DNA from: the human T2T-CHM13v2.0 reference genome, Homo sapiens
Assembly: GCF_009914755.1 (NCBI RefSeq)
Contig: NC_060930.1
Reading direction: 5' to 3' (one strand)
Length of the DNA: 64,000 nucleotides
A program made the translations under genes and the position numbers. Under the pieces are notes generated by a model. It was not told where the DNA came from and ran no database searches. It worked only from the letters and a program-made list of their open reading frames with translations. How positions within the stretch are numbered: the stretch's first letter is position 1; the number at the start of each line of letters is the position of its first letter. Positions 60,701-64,000 of the stretch are shown one piece after another.

Positions 60701-63700
60701 CTTATATATTATTACTTATATTAAAAAAAACAAAAATACTTCAGGAGTATGGTAGGCCATTTTGTTAGGTTAAAATCTAAATCAATCATTTCTAGACTAT
60801 TTTTTAAAATGTAAGCCTAAAATTAGTCAGAGCTAAAATAGTTGGCAGTATATACCAGATAAACATTTAATTCTTATTTTCCTTATTCTTTAGTAATACC
60901 ACTTTTTCATATTGTCTGATTATGCTTCTGTGAAGTAGGAGATACTAATTTTATATACTTCTGGAAATCCTGAATGTTAAATTAAAATAATTAAGTATAT
61001 TCCTTAGATTTTAATTAGCTTAAGCAGAATTATTACTGTGTTTAGGAATTTGGTGACTAGGTAACCTGCCTGTTTCATTTGAGAAATGAAATGAAGTTCT
61101 TGACTTCTCACCTGGTTTTTATTATTCTTTGCGACCTTTGAGTCTATGGAATACAAGTAAATTGCTTTCTATTTTCAAATCATGATAATGGCCACAGCCA
61201 TGATTAGATAGCCAGATTATTATATGGACATATTACAACATGAAGGAGTGGTTTGTGAATTTTGTTGATTATCTTTTTAGTTGTTTGTTTTGGTTAATAC
61301 AATCAAAATTATGTATCTTTGATTACCTTAATAGATGAAGAGTAGATATACCCTTTAGCTTCCCCCACCATTTGCATATGTATTTCAGTTTTTATCCTCT
61401 TGTTGTACTACCTACTCTTTATCTATAAGCAAAACCAATCAGTATAGCACATTCTTACCTATATGGAGATTATCCATATTGTATTTTTTCTTGGCAAGTT
61501 TTGTATTGACATTACCTATTGTGCAAGTGGCTTCCCTCATTTGAAGTATGAAACTCGAGTTTTTCAGAGTTTGCTTTGACTATACATGATTGCTTTCCAA
61601 GTGAGGACTCTTTTTTACTACATCTCCTGAAGTTATTTTCCAAGTCAGGAAAGGAAGTGATGTTGGTAGGAAATAAATACTGCAATGTTAATATGTATGC
61701 TATTTCCTGGCTCTTTTGGTAAAAGTGAATGAAGGGCAGAGGAAGGAATAAACACTGGAAGCCTTACTAATACCTTAGGTACTAGGTAAAGTTTGCTATA
61801 TTAGATAAAATTTGCTATTGAAATTGATAGCCAAAGAGTAGTCTGGTAGAGGCACTATGTTTCCAGAAACTAGGGAAAAGAGTAGATTGGTGAGAGTGTA
61901 TGTGTGTGTTTCTAGTAGTAAGGGATTGTAGCTCGGAGGAGTTCCAGAGAAGAAGGTGGTGGACCTCACAGCAAACTTTACCTTATTTGTAATTTTGCCT
62001 AGAGCCTTGAGGTCTAAGCAAAATTGTACTTGTGGTAACATCTCAGTTGGCAGTATGTATTTGGAAGGCTGTAAACCTGAGTTTTTTCTATTCATTGTAG
62101 ACTATAAGATTTTTTAAGTTGCTTTCCCCCTTTTATTTGTATCTTTTGTCTTCAGAAGATTTATTATATCTAATATTCTTAGATATGATTATGTCCCAGA
62201 GAAAATTGAAGGTTCCTAAAATGGTTCTAGATCTTGAGCAATGAATTCATATATCATGTTAACATTGTTTTACAGCAAATGAACACAATGGAACCAGGAT
62301 TTGTATACAGTTTGTCTGTCTCCTGAACCTGTCCTCTATCACATTTGGTCAGATTGGAGTTACTTTCAAGAGGAACAGGATTTGAATAGTAAGTCAAGTG
62401 CTTGGTCTCCTGTACTAGAAGCAACAGTAGCTCTCAGAAGTGTGAATTTTATTTTTTCAATGTAGGTAGCTTATGAGGCAGACAGGAGAATCCAAAATGA
62501 GCAAGTACTCTTTGGCATGTTGAGGTTGTAACTACTAGTCTTTTATGTAGATTTTGTTTTTATTAGTATGAAAAATACTTAGTGCAGTCTGAAAACTGTG
62601 AGGTTGATGGGTGTTATTAATAGCAAATCAAAGTAATTTTCTTATGTGCATTACCAATAAAAACAGGGAAATATTTGTGTATCTTTCATGTTTTGTACTT
62701 AGTAATTTTTCAAAATTCTCTACCCACTTAACTGTTTTTCCAAAATAAAAGACTCCCCCCCGATTGAAAAATATTCATTGTTCTTTTAAAAAAAGAAAAG
62801 TTTTTTTGAACAGTTACATGAAGAGGTCATGTTCATCAGAAATCCTACGTGTGGTAGGCATAAATGCCTGGAGAAGTCTGTGAAGGTGTGCTCCTACACT
62901 CAATGAAGAAGTATACCTGTTGTTGCTGCTCTTGGTCTGTCTCCCTTCCCACCTCCCATGGATCAACTGAAAGTATAATGTTGAGACAGGTATACAAAGA
63001 ACTAGGCTGTAAATTTCTTATATCCAAGAGACCAAAGTGATTCCAGTAGGAGCAAAGAGGCATTACAAGGAGATCAAGAATTTGGTGAAAGAAAGGAAAG
63101 GGAGAATTATACTGTGGAGAGTAAAAGGGAGTGTGAAAACAAGGTACACTTCTCTTTCAGTCCTTTCCTGAAGGAGGTAAGTTTCATATAAAGTAGATTC
63201 TTATTTCCTGTGGACACAGTGCACCATAATGAATGAATTGATATGCTAGCTTGAAGAGGCTGCCCAGTAGAAGAAAAAGATAGCATCTGGTATGTGGTGA
63301 TTTGGTATGGGACATGGAAGTAACTATGTTGTCAGCTGTGCCAGGAAGCTGCTTGGAGTACGTTGAGTGATACCTGCAGATTAGTTGTTTGTCCCCAACC
63401 AGAGAAAGTACTAGATACTGCTTGTGCCAGTGGCCCTGCCCTGGATTTCATTATTTTTGAAAGTGACAAGGTTTAGTTTTCTACCCAGAGTTACATGGGA
63501 GTTCAGAGTCAAGAAAATTGGGTTCACTAGTAAAAATCAAGTCGTCGTCTTTACCTACATTTGTTTTTTGGTTCATACCTGTAAATATATATTTGTGTCA
63601 TATTGTTGGCTAAGAAGCTTCTGGGTAGCATGTATGTTTAATAGAAACATGTTTTATATATGTGGTGTTGTAAAATTGGTTTGTTTTATTCAATAGTGTG

Positions 63701-63829
63701 ATTCAGATATCATTTCTAATACAGATATATCATTCTTTAATGACTACAGTATTTTATCAGATGCATGTACTGTAGTTTATTTAAATAGTTCACAACTAAT
63801 GGCTGTTTGAGCTTCTAATTTACTACTTC

Positions 63830-64000
63830 TTTTGGGGGATGAGACAGAGTCTCTTTCTGTCACCCATGCTGGAGCGCAGTGCTGTGATCTTGGCTCACTG
63901 CAACCTCCGCCTCCTGGGTTCAAGTGATTCTCATACCTCATCCTCCCAAGGAGCTGGGGTTACAGGAGTGTGCCACTACGCCTGGCTAATTTTTGTATTT
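63830..64000 (-). mobile_element. Alu (cut by the window end)
   Basis: Antisense right arm. Confidence 0.85.

Overview
Human (hominid) genomic DNA, not a prokaryotic region. It holds the 5' end of CD2AP (CD2-associated protein, 6p12) on the + strand. The parts present are a CpG-island promoter (~12.2-13.5 kb; CRE, tandem GC boxes, TCTCGCGAGA element), exon 1 carrying only ATG+G (13109-13112), a 25 kb intron 1, exon 2 (38135-38295, 161 nt, first SH3 domain) and the start of intron 2. Exon 3 is not in the window. The rest is mostly interspersed repeats: about 30 Alus, a decayed L1MA, old L1M pieces, MST/MLT1 LTRs, Tigger3b, MER2, MER33, and a full-length Tigger1 interrupted by two Alus and a full-length ~2.64 kb antisense SVA (F-like) with a perfect 16-bp target-site duplication (TSD). 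Almost all ORFs in the supplied track are repeat artefacts. I found no evidence of a new self-contained biological system. The best leads are regulatory: (1) the long-VNTR antisense SVA in intron 2; (2) several AG|GTRAG recursive-splice-like sites in introns 1 and 2; (3) an in-frame uORF separated from the CD2AP start by a single stop; (4) Alu orientation favouring back-splicing around exon 2; (5) G-quadruplex motifs in the promoter and 5'UTR; (6) a young 97-bp tandem duplication. Repeat subfamily names come from recognition by eye and need RepeatMasker/Dfam confirmation.
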